Assembly (NCBI GenBank): GCA_041659045.1
Contig: JBAZZB010000001.1
Coordinates: 326,111 to 390,110 of the forward strand
Source of the DNA: Patescibacteria group bacterium
GTDB lineage: Bacteria; Patescibacteriota; Patescibacteriia; SG8-24; DYFX01
Reading direction: 5' to 3'
DNA length: 64,000 nt
Of the stretch, positions 17,125-29,067 are shown piece by piece. The notes under the pieces are model-generated. The model did no database searches. It saw nothing but the letters and a program-made list of their open reading frames with translations, and was not told the origin of the DNA. Each line of letters opens with the position of its first letter. The first letter of the stretch is position 1. The translations under genes and the position numbers were made by a program.

Positions 17125-19403
<2,279 letters not shown>

Positions 19404-19438
19404 AAGCTAAGGTAGAACTCACCCTACCCTCTCTTGAA

Positions 19439-20956
19439 TCAAGAGAGGGTTTTCTTAAATTCAGCGATCGCTTCCTTGAGCTCAGCTTCAATTTCCGGTT
19501 CGAGTGCTTTCTTTTCGCGCATCGCTTCCATCATGCTGGAGCGCGAAGCCTTGAGGTAGCGGTGGAAGCCGTCTTCCCAGGCGCGCACGGCGTCGATGGC
19601 GACGTCGTCAATCAAGCCGTTTGTCACGGCGTAGATGATTGCAGCCTGATGCTCGAACGGCATCGGCTGGTATTGCGGCTGCTTCAAGATTTCGACGGTG
19701 CGGCGTCCGCGTTCAATTTGCTTGCGCGTGGTGTCGTCGAGATCGGATGCGAACTGCGCGAAGGCCTCCAGTTCGCGGAACTGGGCGAGGTCGAGGCGCA
19801 GACGTCCGGCGACTTTCTTCATCACTTTCGTTTGCGCGGCGCCGCCGACGCGGGAAACCGACAAGCCGACGTTCACGGCCGGGCGAATGCCGCGGTAGAA
19901 CAGGTCGGATTCGAGATAGATTTGGCCGTCAGTGATCGAGATGACGTTCGTCGGAATGTAGGCCGAGACGTCACCGGCTTGCGTTTCGATGATCGGCAAT
20001 GCCGTCAGCGATCCGCCGCCATATTCTTTGTTGCGGCGGCAGGCGCGCTCGAGCAAGCGGGAGTGGAGATAGAAGACGTCGCCCGGATACGCTTCGCGGC
20101 CCGGCGGGCGGCGGAGAATCAAGGAGATTTGGCGGTAGGCCCAAGCGTGCTTGGAGAGGTCGTCATACACGACGAGCGCGTCCTTGCCTTGGTCCATGAA
20201 GTATTCGCCGATCGTGGCGCCCGCGTACGGCGCGAGATACGAAAGCGAAGCCGGGTCAGAGGCGCCGGCTACGACGATGATCGTGTACTCCATCGCTCCT
20301 GCCTCTTCGAGCTTGGCTTTGATACGCGCGATCTTCGATTCCTTCTGGCCGATCGCGACGTAAATACAAATCACGCCCGTCCCCTTTTGGTTGATGATGG
20401 TGTCGACGCCGATCGCGGTTTTACCCGTTTGGCGGTCGCCGATGATCAGTTCGCGCTGGCCGCGGCCGATCGGAACCATGGCGTCGATGGCCTTGATACC
20501 TGTCTGGAGCGGAACCGAAACCGGTTCGCGCGTGACGACGCCTGGAGCGACTTTTTCGATCGGATACGCCTTGCCGCCCTTGATGGCGCCTTTGCCATCG
20601 AGCGCGCGACCAAGCGGGTCAACGACGCGACCAATGAAAGCGTCGGACACATCGATCGACAAAATCTTGCCGGTCGAGCGCACGGTGTCGCCTTCTTTCA
20701 AATGTTTGGCGTCGCCGAGGACGATCGCGCCGACGGTTTCCTCTTCGAGGTTCAGCGCCATGCCGTAAGTCGGCTCTTTGCCGTCCGGTCCCGGGAACTC
20801 AAGCATTTCCGAAGACATCGCTTCGGTCAGGCCCGTCATGCGAACAACGCCGTCGCCGGATTCGACGATGGTACCGACTTTTTCAGCCTTGGAATCGACG
20901 GACGCGCCGGCGATCTCCTTCTTCAATGTTTCGATGATGAAATCTTTCGTGGCCAT
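19439..20956 (-). CDS. atpA: F1 ATP synthase alpha subunit
   Basis: GDRQTGKTA Walker A; 505 aa. Confidence 0.95.
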   Translation of the reverse strand: MATKDFIIETLKKEIAGASVDSKAEKVGTIVESGDGVVRMTGLTEAMSSEMLEFPGPDGKEPTYGMALNLEEETVGAIVLGDAKHLKEGDTVRSTGKILSIDVSDAFIGRVVDPLGRALDGKGAIKGGKAYPIEKVAPGVVTREPVSVPLQTGIKAIDAMVPIGRGQRELIIGDRQTGKTAIGVDTIINQKGTGVICIYVAIGQKESKIARIKAKLEEAGAMEYTIIVVAGASDPASLSYLAPYAGATIGEYFMDQGKDALVVYDDLSKHAWAYRQISLILRRPPGREAYPGDVFYLHSRLLERACRRNKEYGGGSLTALPIIETQAGDVSAYIPTNVISITDGQIYLESDLFYRGIRPAVNVGLSVSRVGGAAQTKVMKKVAGRLRLDLAQFRELEAFAQFASDLDDTTRKQIERGRRTVEILKQPQYQPMPFEHQAAIIYAVTNGLIDDVAIDAVRAWEDGFHRYLKASRSSMMEAMREKKALEPEIEAELKEAIAEFKKTLS

Positions 20957-20957
20957 A

Positions 20958-21353
20958 TCAGATGAGTTGCTGTTTCAGACGATCGAGGCGTCCTTTGATG
21001 GAGGCGTCGAGGAGAATGTCGTCGAAGCGGATGACGGCGCCGCCAATGAGGTCAGGCTCCGTCTTCCAGCGCATTTCGACTTTTGCGCCGAGCGTTTTCT
21101 CGAAGGTTTTTTCCAAACGTTCTTTGTGGTCGTCGGAGAGCGCTTCGGCGGAAGCGACCGAGATTTCGCGAACGCCTTCGGCTTTGCGAGCCTCGTGTTC
21201 GAACGCGTTGATGACGTTCGGGGCGAGATCGAGTTCGTGGCGCGACGCGAGGAGTTCGACGAAGCGCGAGATCGTGCGCTTTACGTCTTTCTCGGAGAGG
21301 CTAGCCGTCAGGCGATAGAGCGATTGGCCGTAGGTGCGGGCGGTGCTAGCCAT
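20958..21353 (-). CDS. atpH: ATP synthase delta (OSCP) subunit, shortened form
   Basis: 131 aa with a C-terminal [25 protein letters not shown] typical of delta. Its position between atpF and atpA supports the call. Confidence 0.7.
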   Translation of the reverse strand: MASTARTYGQSLYRLTASLSEKDVKRTISRFVELLASRHELDLAPNVINAFEHEARKAEGVREISVASAEALSDDHKERLEKTFEKTLGAKVEMRWKTEPDLIGGAVIRFDDILLDASIKGRLDRLKQQLI

Positions 21354-21354
21354 A

Positions 21355-21906
21355 TCAGCTCTTTAGATGTTTCGTCGCTTCCTCGAGCAACGTTTTTTTC
21401 TGAGACTCCGTCAGCGTGGCACCGAGCGCTTTTTTGGCGGCGTCGACTGCGAGCTCCGCGATTTCCGCGCGCGCGCTTTGGACCATCTTGTCCTTTTCGG
21501 CGGCCAGCGTGTCTTTGCCTTGTTGGATCAAGGTCGCGAGTTCTGCTTGCGTCTTGGCTTTCGCCTCGGAGCGATGCGTGTCCGCTTGTTTCTGTGACTC
21601 TTCGAGAATGCGTTGCGCTTCGCGGCGAGCGGTGACGATCGCCTCTTCGGCCGCTTTTTCGGCGCCGCTCTTGGCGGCTGCGGCGGCTTCGGCGTCTTGC
21701 AGACCCTTGTCGATTTTGGCCGTGCGGGCGTCGATGATCTTGAGAAGCGGCTTGTAGACCCACTTCCACATGACGAACAGCACCACGGCGAAGTTGGCGA
21801 GTTGAGCAATGAACAATTTCCAGTTGACGCCGAGTGATCCGAGCACGGATTCCTTGGTGATTTCAGCGGCGGCAGTGACGAGTTCGGGAGAAACAGGAGT
21901 GGACAT
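21355..21906 (-). CDS. atpF: Fo ATP synthase b subunit
   Basis: N-terminal TM helix followed by a long Ala/Glu/Lys-rich helix; 183 aa. Confidence 0.8.
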   Translation of the reverse strand: MSTPVSPELVTAAAEITKESVLGSLGVNWKLFIAQLANFAVVLFVMWKWVYKPLLKIIDARTAKIDKGLQDAEAAAAAKSGAEKAAEEAIVTARREAQRILEESQKQADTHRSEAKAKTQAELATLIQQGKDTLAAEKDKMVQSARAEIAELAVDAAKKALGATLTESQKKTLLEEATKHLKS

Positions 21907-21929
21907 AGGTGTTCAGAGTTCAGGTTTCA

Positions 21930-21950
21930 GGACTCAGGCAGGCTGAGTCC
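21930..21950 (-). other. Intercistronic hairpin between atpE and atpF
   Basis: ggactcag-gcaggc-tgagtcc: an 8-bp stem with a 6-nt loop. Confidence 0.35.
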
Positions 21951-21976
21951 TGTGATCTGACCTCTGTCTCAAGGCG

Positions 21977-22195
21977 TTAGATCGTGAAGACGACGACGAG
22001 GGAGTAAATAGCGATAGCTTCGGCGAAAGCGGCGCCGAGAAGCATCGGAACGAACAGCTTGCCGGCGGATTCCGGGTTGCGGCCGATCGCTTCCATGGCC
22101 TTGCCGACGAGGTTGCCGATCGCGAGAGCCGGGGCGAAGCCGCCGATGGCCATCGTCAAACCTTTCACGAGTACGCTCATGGTCTCTGCATCCAT
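21977..22195 (-). CDS. atpE: Fo ATP synthase c subunit
   Basis: 72 aa helical hairpin with GRNPE in the loop and a carboxylate in FAEAIAIY. There is no Q/E/S-T Na+ motif, so H+ coupling is likely. Confidence 0.9.
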   Translation of the reverse strand: MDAETMSVLVKGLTMAIGGFAPALAIGNLVGKAMEAIGRNPESAGKLFVPMLLGAAFAEAIAIYSLVVVFTI

Positions 22196-22274
22196 ACGAG
22201 TTGGGTCCTTCAGGGCGACGGGGGTTGGGGTTTATCGTCGCTGAACAGACCGGCTAAGAGTGAGAATCAGATTC

Positions 22275-22288
22275 CGACCGAAGTCGGG
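22275..22288 (-). other. UUCG-tetraloop hairpin between atpB and atpE
   Basis: The minus-strand RNA would read CCGAC-UUCG-GUCGG. Confidence 0.35.
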
Positions 22289-22304
22289 AGCTGATGGCTT
22301 CCTC

Positions 22305-23153
22305 TTAGGAAGCGTGCGCGATCTGCGCGGCGTGTGCCTTCTCGTGATGTTCCTCTTCGTGATCGCCGTGTGGCTTCTCCGATAGGATCGTGAGATAGAC
22401 CAAGGCGAGCATGGCGAAAACGGTTGCCTGGATCATGCCGACGATGAGTTCAAGCGCCATGAACGGCAGCGGCACGACGTAGGAGACGAGCGAGTACATG
22501 ACGGTGATCAACACTTCTCCGGCAAAGATGTTTCCGAAAAGACGCAGCGAGAGCGAAACGACTTTGGCGATTTCCGCCGAGAGCTCGATCACGCCAACCA
22601 TCGTTTCGACCAGGCCAACCATGATGTTCACTCCCCCCTTCTTGAAATTTTTGAAGAGCGTGCCGAGCGCGATGAATTTGTTCCAATGCACGAAAAAACC
22701 GACGGTGATCATGCCGACGAAGTGCGAAACAACGACGGTGAGCAGCGCCATCGCGAGCGTCAGGTTCAAGTCGGCGTTGGCGGGACGGAAGATTGGGGCG
22801 TTTTCGATTTCGCCGTGGAGTTCGATCGTGCGGGTGATACTGCCGACGCCCGGAATCAGACCCATCCAGTTGGAGACGAGGATGAACAGGAAGAGCGTGC
22901 CGATCAGCGGCAAGAATTTTTTGGATTTTTTGCGATCCTGCGTAACCTGGTCGACGTAGCCGAGCAAAAATTCAAGCAGACCTTCGACGGCGGATTGAAA
23001 ACGATTCGGTTTGCCGGAGGTGAGCTTGGCGCGCACAAAAGCGGCAAACACCACGAACAGCCCGACGGCGATCCAGGCGTTGATCAGCGAGTTGGTAACC
23101 GGAAACGATCCAAGGTGGAAAATCGGTTCAGCGGCGATCGGTGGGATGGTCAT
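22305..23153 (-). CDS. atpB: Fo ATP synthase a subunit
   Basis: 282 aa polytopic protein with a conserved Arg-containing helix. It has an unusual His-rich C-terminal tail, HGDHEEEHHEKAHAAQIAHAS. Confidence 0.9.
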   Translation of the reverse strand: MTIPPIAAEPIFHLGSFPVTNSLINAWIAVGLFVVFAAFVRAKLTSGKPNRFQSAVEGLLEFLLGYVDQVTQDRKKSKKFLPLIGTLFLFILVSNWMGLIPGVGSITRTIELHGEIENAPIFRPANADLNLTLAMALLTVVVSHFVGMITVGFFVHWNKFIALGTLFKNFKKGGVNIMVGLVETMVGVIELSAEIAKVVSLSLRLFGNIFAGEVLITVMYSLVSYVVPLPFMALELIVGMIQATVFAMLALVYLTILSEKPHGDHEEEHHEKAHAAQIAHAS

Positions 23154-23400
23154 AGCGATTCACGAGGTTCTGATATTCGGTTCCGTAGGCGATGGCTTTT
23201 TTCCGGATGATCAGGATGGAGAAGCCAAAGGCAAGTGCCAAGCAGGCAAAGAGCGCGTAGGGCTTCGTTCCCCAAGACGCGTCGATCTTCGTGCCAAGCC
23301 AACCTGCTGCGACCGCAGGAACGGCGAGCGACACGCCGAAGTCTCCGATAATACGGAGACCGAACAAATAATAGGCGTGCGTTCCGTCGTTTTTCTCCAT
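23128..23400 (-). CDS. Small membrane protein upstream of atpB (AtpZ/AtpI-like)
   Basis: 90 aa, 2 TM. The call rests on position and size only. Confidence 0.4.
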   Translation of the reverse strand: MEKNDGTHAYYLFGLRIIGDFGVSLAVPAVAAGWLGTKIDASWGTKPYALFACLALAFGFSILIIRKKAIAYGTEYQNLVNRYDHPTDRR

Positions 23401-23472
23401 AGGTACAAGACGACGCCAGACTACAGTTGAATCCAGGCGTCGTCAACGGTGGGCAATTTTGCTTTGCTAAGA

Positions 23473-24336
23473 TTAGCGCATTTTACGAAAAAGGCGCTTT
23501 GCATTGCTTGTCGTAGCCTCAGCGATTTCTTCGTAGGCAAGCCCTCTGAGTTCAGCAATTTTCTGTGCAACAAACTTCACGTTCAACGGCGTGTTGCGTT
23601 CTCCACGGTGCGGTACGGGCGTGAGGTAGGGCGCGTCGGTTTCGACGACGATGCGGTCGAGCGGTGCCCACTTTACGACGTCCGTTAAAAGTTCTTTGCC
23701 GGCCGCGACGTCGGACTTGCGTGGCGGATACGTGATCGTGCCACCGAAGGCCAGCATGAAACCCAGCGCCAAATAGCGCTCTGCGTCATGCTTCGTGCCG
23801 GTGAAACAATGGATCACGCCGCGGATGTGCTCGCCTTCCTTATATGAACCCCAAATCTTTTCGATCAGCGCGATTTGGTCTTCGTGCGCGTCGCGGCAAT
23901 GAATGACGACGGGAAGATCGTTCGCGATCGCCAAACGCGCGCCAGCTTCGAAGGCGGCTGCTTCCTTGGCTTTCATTTCTTCCAACGAGACGCCTTCGTA
24001 CTCGTAGTGATAATCCAAACCCATCTCCCCCACCGCCACGACTTTGGGGTGCTTCAAAAGATTTCCGTAATACTCTGGATCAAACGTTTCGTTGCGCGAT
24101 TTGAACTGCACTTCGCCCTCATCGTGATACCCGGCGAAAATGTGGGAGGGATGCAGCCCGACCGTCGCCCAGACGCCGTCGTATTTTTCCGCGAGCGCAA
24201 TCCCGTTTGCGCTCGTATCCTTTTGCGTCCCGATCGTCACCATCTGCACGCCTTCGGAAAGACAAGTACGGACGACATCATCCATGTCGTCCTTGTAGGC
24301 GTTGAAATGTACGTGGCAGTGGGTGTCGATCAACAT
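23473..24336 (-). CDS. tatD: TatD-family metal-dependent DNase/hydrolase
   Basis: MLIDTHCHVHF start and further His/Asp metal ligands; 287 aa. Confidence 0.85.
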   Translation of the reverse strand: MLIDTHCHVHFNAYKDDMDDVVRTCLSEGVQMVTIGTQKDTSANGIALAEKYDGVWATVGLHPSHIFAGYHDEGEVQFKSRNETFDPEYYGNLLKHPKVVAVGEMGLDYHYEYEGVSLEEMKAKEAAAFEAGARLAIANDLPVVIHCRDAHEDQIALIEKIWGSYKEGEHIRGVIHCFTGTKHDAERYLALGFMLAFGGTITYPPRKSDVAAGKELLTDVVKWAPLDRIVVETDAPYLTPVPHRGERNTPLNVKFVAQKIAELRGLAYEEIAEATTSNAKRLFRKMR

Positions 24337-24353
24337 GCACCGAGCCTACACGA

Positions 24354-24866
24354 TCAGATGACGGCTTTCAATTGCCTGACCGCTTCCGGCAGGAGCGGCA
24401 CGAGAAAACCGAAGGCTTGAAGAAGCCAGATGCCGATATTCGAGGCGGAGAGCGCCTCGGCGAAGTGCGCCGAGATCGGATAACGCGCCGCGATGTAGAG
24501 CGCGCCGCCGACAACGAGCGTTCCTTCGATAAATCCGAGTACGCCGCCCAGGATCGCGTTGAACGTTTTCATGAACGGAATGACCGACACGACCTTGAAA
24601 ACCTTTTCGATCAACCAGAAGACAAGTCCGATCAAACGGTTCACCAGGATCATGATCACAAGGAACATGATCGTTCGCGAAAGGTTGATGTTGCCGAAGA
24701 AGATGCTCGAAGCGGCTTCGCCCCAGGCGTTGTAGTAGCGTCCGGCGACGAGCACGGAAAGCACCGTACCGATGACGGCGCCGAGCGCGTGGACCAATCC
24801 AAACCACAAGCCCGCCAGCACGAAGGCGAAAACGGCGAGGATGAGGAGGAGGTCTAAGATGGTCAT
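24354..24866 (-). CDS. CvpA-family membrane protein
   Basis: 170 aa with 4 TM helices. The N-terminus MTILDLLLILAVFAFVLAGLWFG resembles CvpA. Confidence 0.55.
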   Translation of the reverse strand: MTILDLLLILAVFAFVLAGLWFGLVHALGAVIGTVLSVLVAGRYYNAWGEAASSIFFGNINLSRTIMFLVIMILVNRLIGLVFWLIEKVFKVVSVIPFMKTFNAILGGVLGFIEGTLVVGGALYIAARYPISAHFAEALSASNIGIWLLQAFGFLVPLLPEAVRQLKAVI

Positions 24867-26797
24867 GACTTCTTTTTACCGTGCGCCGCTTTCTTGTAGG
24901 CGTTGTGCAGGTTCTTGATATCCTCCGATTCCAGTGTTTCGGGGAGCTTGAAACCGGCTTCTGCCAACGCGTCGCGGAAACCAGCGGGCGTGGCGAACTT
25001 TCCGTCTTTTTTCTTGCCTGCGGTTTTGAGCGCCTCGACAATTGCGGGCATGGCCTCCGGATGCAACGGGTTTTCTTTAGGATCGATCAGGTTTTTTACC
25101 GTCTCGGCTTTTGCTGCAGTCGGCACTTCCTGTGCTGTCGCGGCTGGTGCCTTCATGAGGTTCTTCAGCATTTCTACGCGCGCGGCATCATCCAACACGA
25201 CGCGTTTGCTGCCGCTCTCGACGACCGGAGCGTTCATCGGAGCCGTATCGGCTTTTTCCGCCTGAACCTTCGCGCCCAAGGCCTCCTGCAATCCGGGGAT
25301 CTTGCGCGTCGGCGTTTTTGTTCCAGGGAGCTTCTCTCCGGGCGCGCCAAATTGAATCGGGATCGGTGGCTTTTCACCAACGACGATGCCTCCTTTTGAA
25401 GCGATCGCTTCCCAGGCTGCGTTACGAGCGTTCTCGATCTCGTCGTTCGACATGCGGCTGAGCGTGTCCGCTGTCTCAAATCCGTTTTCTTGAAGGAAGT
25501 CTTTTACCTCAGCGTCCGTGCGCGCTTGGCCCAGCGTCTTAAGTTGCGACTCGGCCTCGCTCGTCAGGCGTTTCCAATCGGGCGCTTCGGAGACGATCAT
25601 GGCGTCGCTCACGTCCTTATTCTTCTTCATGTCTGGCGTAAGCAAAATCGGATTCTCAGGCGTCCCCTCGGGTGCCGGAGCGTCGCCTCGCTTCAGCCGT
25701 TCGCGGCGCTTTTTCTGCTCAGCCTTTTCGTTGTTCTCGGCGTTCAGTTCGGCTACGCCACGATCAATCGCCTCTTGCACGCCGGCTTCTGAAGCCTCGG
25801 CTTCCAAAGTCTGGTTCGCTTTCCGCATCTGCTCACCGGGCGAAGGCTGTTCCGCGCCGATCCACTCGACCACAATACCGCCGACCGCGGCGATTTCATC
25901 CTTGATATCCTGGCGGCGCGCGTCGACTTCCGCATCCGTAAGTTGCGCGAGTTCTTCGGCGGGCAGCAATTTTTCTTTCACGATAAACGCACGAAGTTCC
26001 GCCGTGGTTTTCGCGGCTTCGAGATCCTTCAAGCCCTTTTCGGCAAGTTTCGAATTTTTCTCCCAATCCGGAACGAGACGCGGTTCTTCGGGTGCGAGAG
26101 GAGGTTTGCCGACAGACTTCAAATCGGGAGCCGGCTTCGGCTTCTTGATGACAAACGGTCCTTCGAGCGTTTCAATTTGGCCTCCGTCGAGCACGCGCAA
26201 GACCACGCCGCTCGGAAATTTACGGAGCGAGGTGCCGTCGGCATACTCAACGCGAATCTGACCGAGGCGTTCGTCGAACTGCACGTCGCCGATTTGGCCG
26301 TGCTCGTCGACCTGGCCAATTTTTTCCTTATACGTAAAAAGTTCCTCCACCATTTTTTGCGCCGACGCGTTGCCCTTGAGCTTCTCGAAGAGCACCGCGG
26401 CTTCGTGCTTCGCTTCAGCGCGCTTCTCGACATTCTCGTCGCGTACCACCATCTTGCCGCTTTCGGTGGTGCTCACCACTTCTTGCGCCGCACTTTGGTA
26501 GCCCGCTTTGAGTGCCGCGAGCTGGTCATCAAGTTTTTTGATCTCTGCTTCATTCATGACCCAGTTCGACGCGCGACCAAAAGCTGCCTTGGTTCTGCTC
26601 CACCAGGACTCTGTCGTTTGTGTGAATTCCGTCGCCGCTTCTTCAACCTTGGCGTCTGTCTCTTTCTTGATCGGTTCCAAGGCTTCCGATTTGGAACCAA
26701 TCTTCTCGCGACCCTTCGCGAACATGTCGCTCTCGGCTTCAGAGAGCGACTTCTTCTCAACTTCCTGCGATGCGTTCTGTTCGGCTGGGAGTGCCAT
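24863..26797 (-). CDS. Large Ala/Glu/Lys-rich predicted coiled-coil protein with an internal roughly 50-aa repeat; hypothetical
   Basis: 644 aa, low complexity, no enzymatic motif. It has two related segments ending in IAAVGGIVVEWIG and IASKGGIVVGEKP. Confidence 0.6.
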   Translation of the reverse strand: MALPAEQNASQEVEKKSLSEAESDMFAKGREKIGSKSEALEPIKKETDAKVEEAATEFTQTTESWWSRTKAAFGRASNWVMNEAEIKKLDDQLAALKAGYQSAAQEVVSTTESGKMVVRDENVEKRAEAKHEAAVLFEKLKGNASAQKMVEELFTYKEKIGQVDEHGQIGDVQFDERLGQIRVEYADGTSLRKFPSGVVLRVLDGGQIETLEGPFVIKKPKPAPDLKSVGKPPLAPEEPRLVPDWEKNSKLAEKGLKDLEAAKTTAELRAFIVKEKLLPAEELAQLTDAEVDARRQDIKDEIAAVGGIVVEWIGAEQPSPGEQMRKANQTLEAEASEAGVQEAIDRGVAELNAENNEKAEQKKRRERLKRGDAPAPEGTPENPILLTPDMKKNKDVSDAMIVSEAPDWKRLTSEAESQLKTLGQARTDAEVKDFLQENGFETADTLSRMSNDEIENARNAAWEAIASKGGIVVGEKPPIPIQFGAPGEKLPGTKTPTRKIPGLQEALGAKVQAEKADTAPMNAPVVESGSKRVVLDDAARVEMLKNLMKAPAATAQEVPTAAKAETVKNLIDPKENPLHPEAMPAIVEALKTAGKKKDGKFATPAGFRDALAEAGFKLPETLESEDIKNLHNAYKKAAHGKKKS

Positions 26798-26799
26798 AG

Positions 26800-26976
26800 C
26801 TACTCTTGAAGTTCTTTGAGAAGCAGTGCGATTTCCTCGCGTTCTAAGTCGCTGATGACGCGTTTCATGATACTCAGCCGATCAGCCTCAAGCCCACGGA
26901 GCTGCGTCATAAACGCATTGTAGGCTTCCTGGAGTTTCTTTTCCTTCTCTTCGATGGACAAGTCGTTTTCAGCCAT
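26800..26976 (-). CDS. Small charged coiled-coil protein (about 58 aa); hypothetical
   Basis: MAENDLSIEEKEKKLQEAYNAFMTQLRGLEADRLSIMKRVISDLEREEIALLLKELQE. Its stop overlaps the start of the 644-aa gene. Confidence 0.35.
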   Translation of the reverse strand: MAENDLSIEEKEKKLQEAYNAFMTQLRGLEADRLSIMKRVISDLEREEIALLLKELQE

Positions 26977-26994
26977 ATGTCCACAGTATACAAC

Positions 26995-27024
26995 ACGACA
27001 CGTCGTTCGCGAACGACGTGTCGT
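26995..27024. repeat. Perfect 30-bp palindrome between the metG stop and the small ORF start
   Basis: acgacacgtcgttcg|cgaacgacgtgtcgt. The two halves are exact reverse complements. No T-run follows. Confidence 0.9.
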
Positions 27025-27029
27025 ATCAG

Positions 27030-28526
27030 TTATGCGGCCAGTCGGGGGAAGAGGATATCGCCTTTTTTGACGACGGAGCCGGTGACGAGACCTCCCCAAG
27101 CCTGTGCTACCGGCAGTTTGACGGTAGACGGGTCGATCGAGAGCTGGGCAAGGACCTTTTCCGCGCCCGCCGGAATGACGGGTAAGAGCGCCACGGCAAT
27201 GTGCCGGAGCGCCTCGGCGATTTGGTACATGAAGGGAGAGACATCAATGCCCTCTTTTGCTTTCTTGAACGGCGCTTCGATGTCGATCGCCTGGTTGACG
27301 GAGGTGACGTAGTGCTCAAGCACGCGCATCGCCTCGTCGAAATGGTAGGCATCGAGCGCAGCTTCGTAGGCTTTCCAGAAGGTCGGCGTCTCAAAGCGGT
27401 CTTCGGTGACAGCCGGAGCTTTGCCTTCGCAATACTTCTCCACCATCGTGGCGGTGCGGGCAGCGAGGTTGCCGACGCCATTCACAAGTTTGGCGGTGTA
27501 CGTTTCCTCGAAGTGTTTTTTCGAGTAATCGCCGTCTTCATAGGAAGGCAGCGCACCCAGGAGGAAGTAGCGGAGCGGATCGGTGCCGTACTGCGCGACG
27601 AGGTCGTAGGGATTCACGACGTTGCCGAGCGACTTCGACATTTTCTGGCCGTCGGCGGTGATGAAGCCGTGGATGAAAATCTGTTTCGAGAGCGGAATGC
27701 CAGCCGAAAGCAGCATGCCCTGCCACATGGCGGATTGCTGACGAAGATTGTCCTTGCCGGCGACCTGGATGTTCGGCCAGAACTCGGCGTATTTTTCGTC
27801 AGGCCAACCCAGCGTCGAAATATAGTTCACGAGCGCGTCGAACCAGACGTACATGACGTGCGCTTCGTCACCCGGAACCGCAATACCCCACGGCATCTTT
27901 TCTTTGAGGCGCGAGATGCTGAAATCCTGAAGGCCACCCTCGACGAACTTTGAAATTTCGTGAAGACGGCTCTCTGGCATGACGAACTGCGGATTCTCCT
28001 TGTAGTGCTTCAAAAGCGCGTCCTGGTATTTCGACCAGCGGAAGAAATAGTTTTCCTCGTCGCGATTTTCGATTTCAAGCTTTGGGTGGATCGGGCACTT
28101 ACCTTCGACGAGTTCCGAGTCGGTTTTTTCCAATTCGCAACCGACGCAGTACTTTACTTGATACTGCTTCTTATAGATGTCACCCGCCGCGTCGCAGCGT
28201 TTCCAAAATTCCTGAGCAGCTTTGACATGATGCTCGTCGGTCGTGCGAATGAAATGCGTGTACGTCAAATTGAGCGCTTCTTTCAAGCCGTGAAACCTCG
28301 CGGCGTACTGGTCGCAGTACGCTTTCGGATCCATGCCGGCTTCCGTCGCGTTCTTCCAGATTTTTTGACCGTGCTCGTCGGTGCCGGTGTTGAAGACGAC
28401 CTGCTCCCCCTTCAAGCGGTGCCAGCGCGCGAGCACGTCGGCTTGAATGATTTCCAACGCGAAGCCGATATGCGGATCGGCGTTGACGTATGGAAGCGTC
28501 GTAGTGATGGAGTAAGAGGTTTTCAT
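27030..28526 (-). CDS. metG: Methionyl-tRNA synthetase
   Basis: HIGH motif (NADPHIGF), KMSKS and the CP domain are present. Start chosen at internal MKTSYSITTTLPYV with ATG at 28524-28526. Confidence 0.9.
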   Translation of the reverse strand: MKTSYSITTTLPYVNADPHIGFALEIIQADVLARWHRLKGEQVVFNTGTDEHGQKIWKNATEAGMDPKAYCDQYAARFHGLKEALNLTYTHFIRTTDEHHVKAAQEFWKRCDAAGDIYKKQYQVKYCVGCELEKTDSELVEGKCPIHPKLEIENRDEENYFFRWSKYQDALLKHYKENPQFVMPESRLHEISKFVEGGLQDFSISRLKEKMPWGIAVPGDEAHVMYVWFDALVNYISTLGWPDEKYAEFWPNIQVAGKDNLRQQSAMWQGMLLSAGIPLSKQIFIHGFITADGQKMSKSLGNVVNPYDLVAQYGTDPLRYFLLGALPSYEDGDYSKKHFEETYTAKLVNGVGNLAARTATMVEKYCEGKAPAVTEDRFETPTFWKAYEAALDAYHFDEAMRVLEHYVTSVNQAIDIEAPFKKAKEGIDVSPFMYQIAEALRHIAVALLPVIPAGAEKVLAQLSIDPSTVKLPVAQAWGGLVTGSVVKKGDILFPRLAA

Positions 28527-28530
28527 GATG

Positions 28531-29067
28531 TTATGGCTTTTGGAAATGCTGATAATCAATCGGTTCTGTCCAGCGGCCTCCCCACGTCCAGCCGCGGCTT
28601 TCAAGAAACGCGACAATGAAAGAATCCGCCGAGATCGTGCCTGGCCTGTCGAGGTCGTACGTGGCGCCCTGGGGTTCGATGCGACCCTCGCGAATATAGG
28701 GGTTTCTCGCGGGATTGAGATCGATTGCGCGTCCGTAGGCATGGTAGGACAGGCGGTCCGTTCCGGCAATCGTTCGATAGTTGAAGCCGGAAGAGTTGTC
28801 GGCCGCCATCATTTTTTCGTCGCTCCAGGCAAAGCGCGGGTCGGATGCCGGAATGACGCTGGCCAGAGGAAATCGACGTCGCTGCATTTCTTCGAAGAGT
28901 GCGCGCACGTCTTCGGCGACATCTTGGTGCACGACGATGATGCCGTCGCAATTATGTTCGTCGAAGTCGACATACGGCACCGTGAGCGAGACAAGCGCAC
29001 GATGAATCTCTTCTGGCGCATCCGGATGGAAGACGCTCGCGTCACCGACCTTCAACGGCAATGACAT
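28531..29067 (-). CDS. Peptidase M15 family (VanY/D-Ala-D-Ala carboxypeptidase-like)
   Basis: SYHAYGRAIDLNP...GWTWGGRW...DYQHF matches the H-x6-D / DxxH zinc-site pattern of the M15 family. Confidence 0.7.
   Translation of the reverse strand: MSLPLKVGDASVFHPDAPEEIHRALVSLTVPYVDFDEHNCDGIIVVHQDVAEDVRALFEEMQRRRFPLASVIPASDPRFAWSDEKMMAADNSSGFNYRTIAGTDRLSYHAYGRAIDLNPARNPYIREGRIEPQGATYDLDRPGTISADSFIVAFLESRGWTWGGRWTEPIDYQHFQKP

Noticed and set aside
21977-22195. A Na+-coupled c subunit.
   Set aside because: The ion-site residues are N/E/A rather than the Q/E/S-T Na+ signature.
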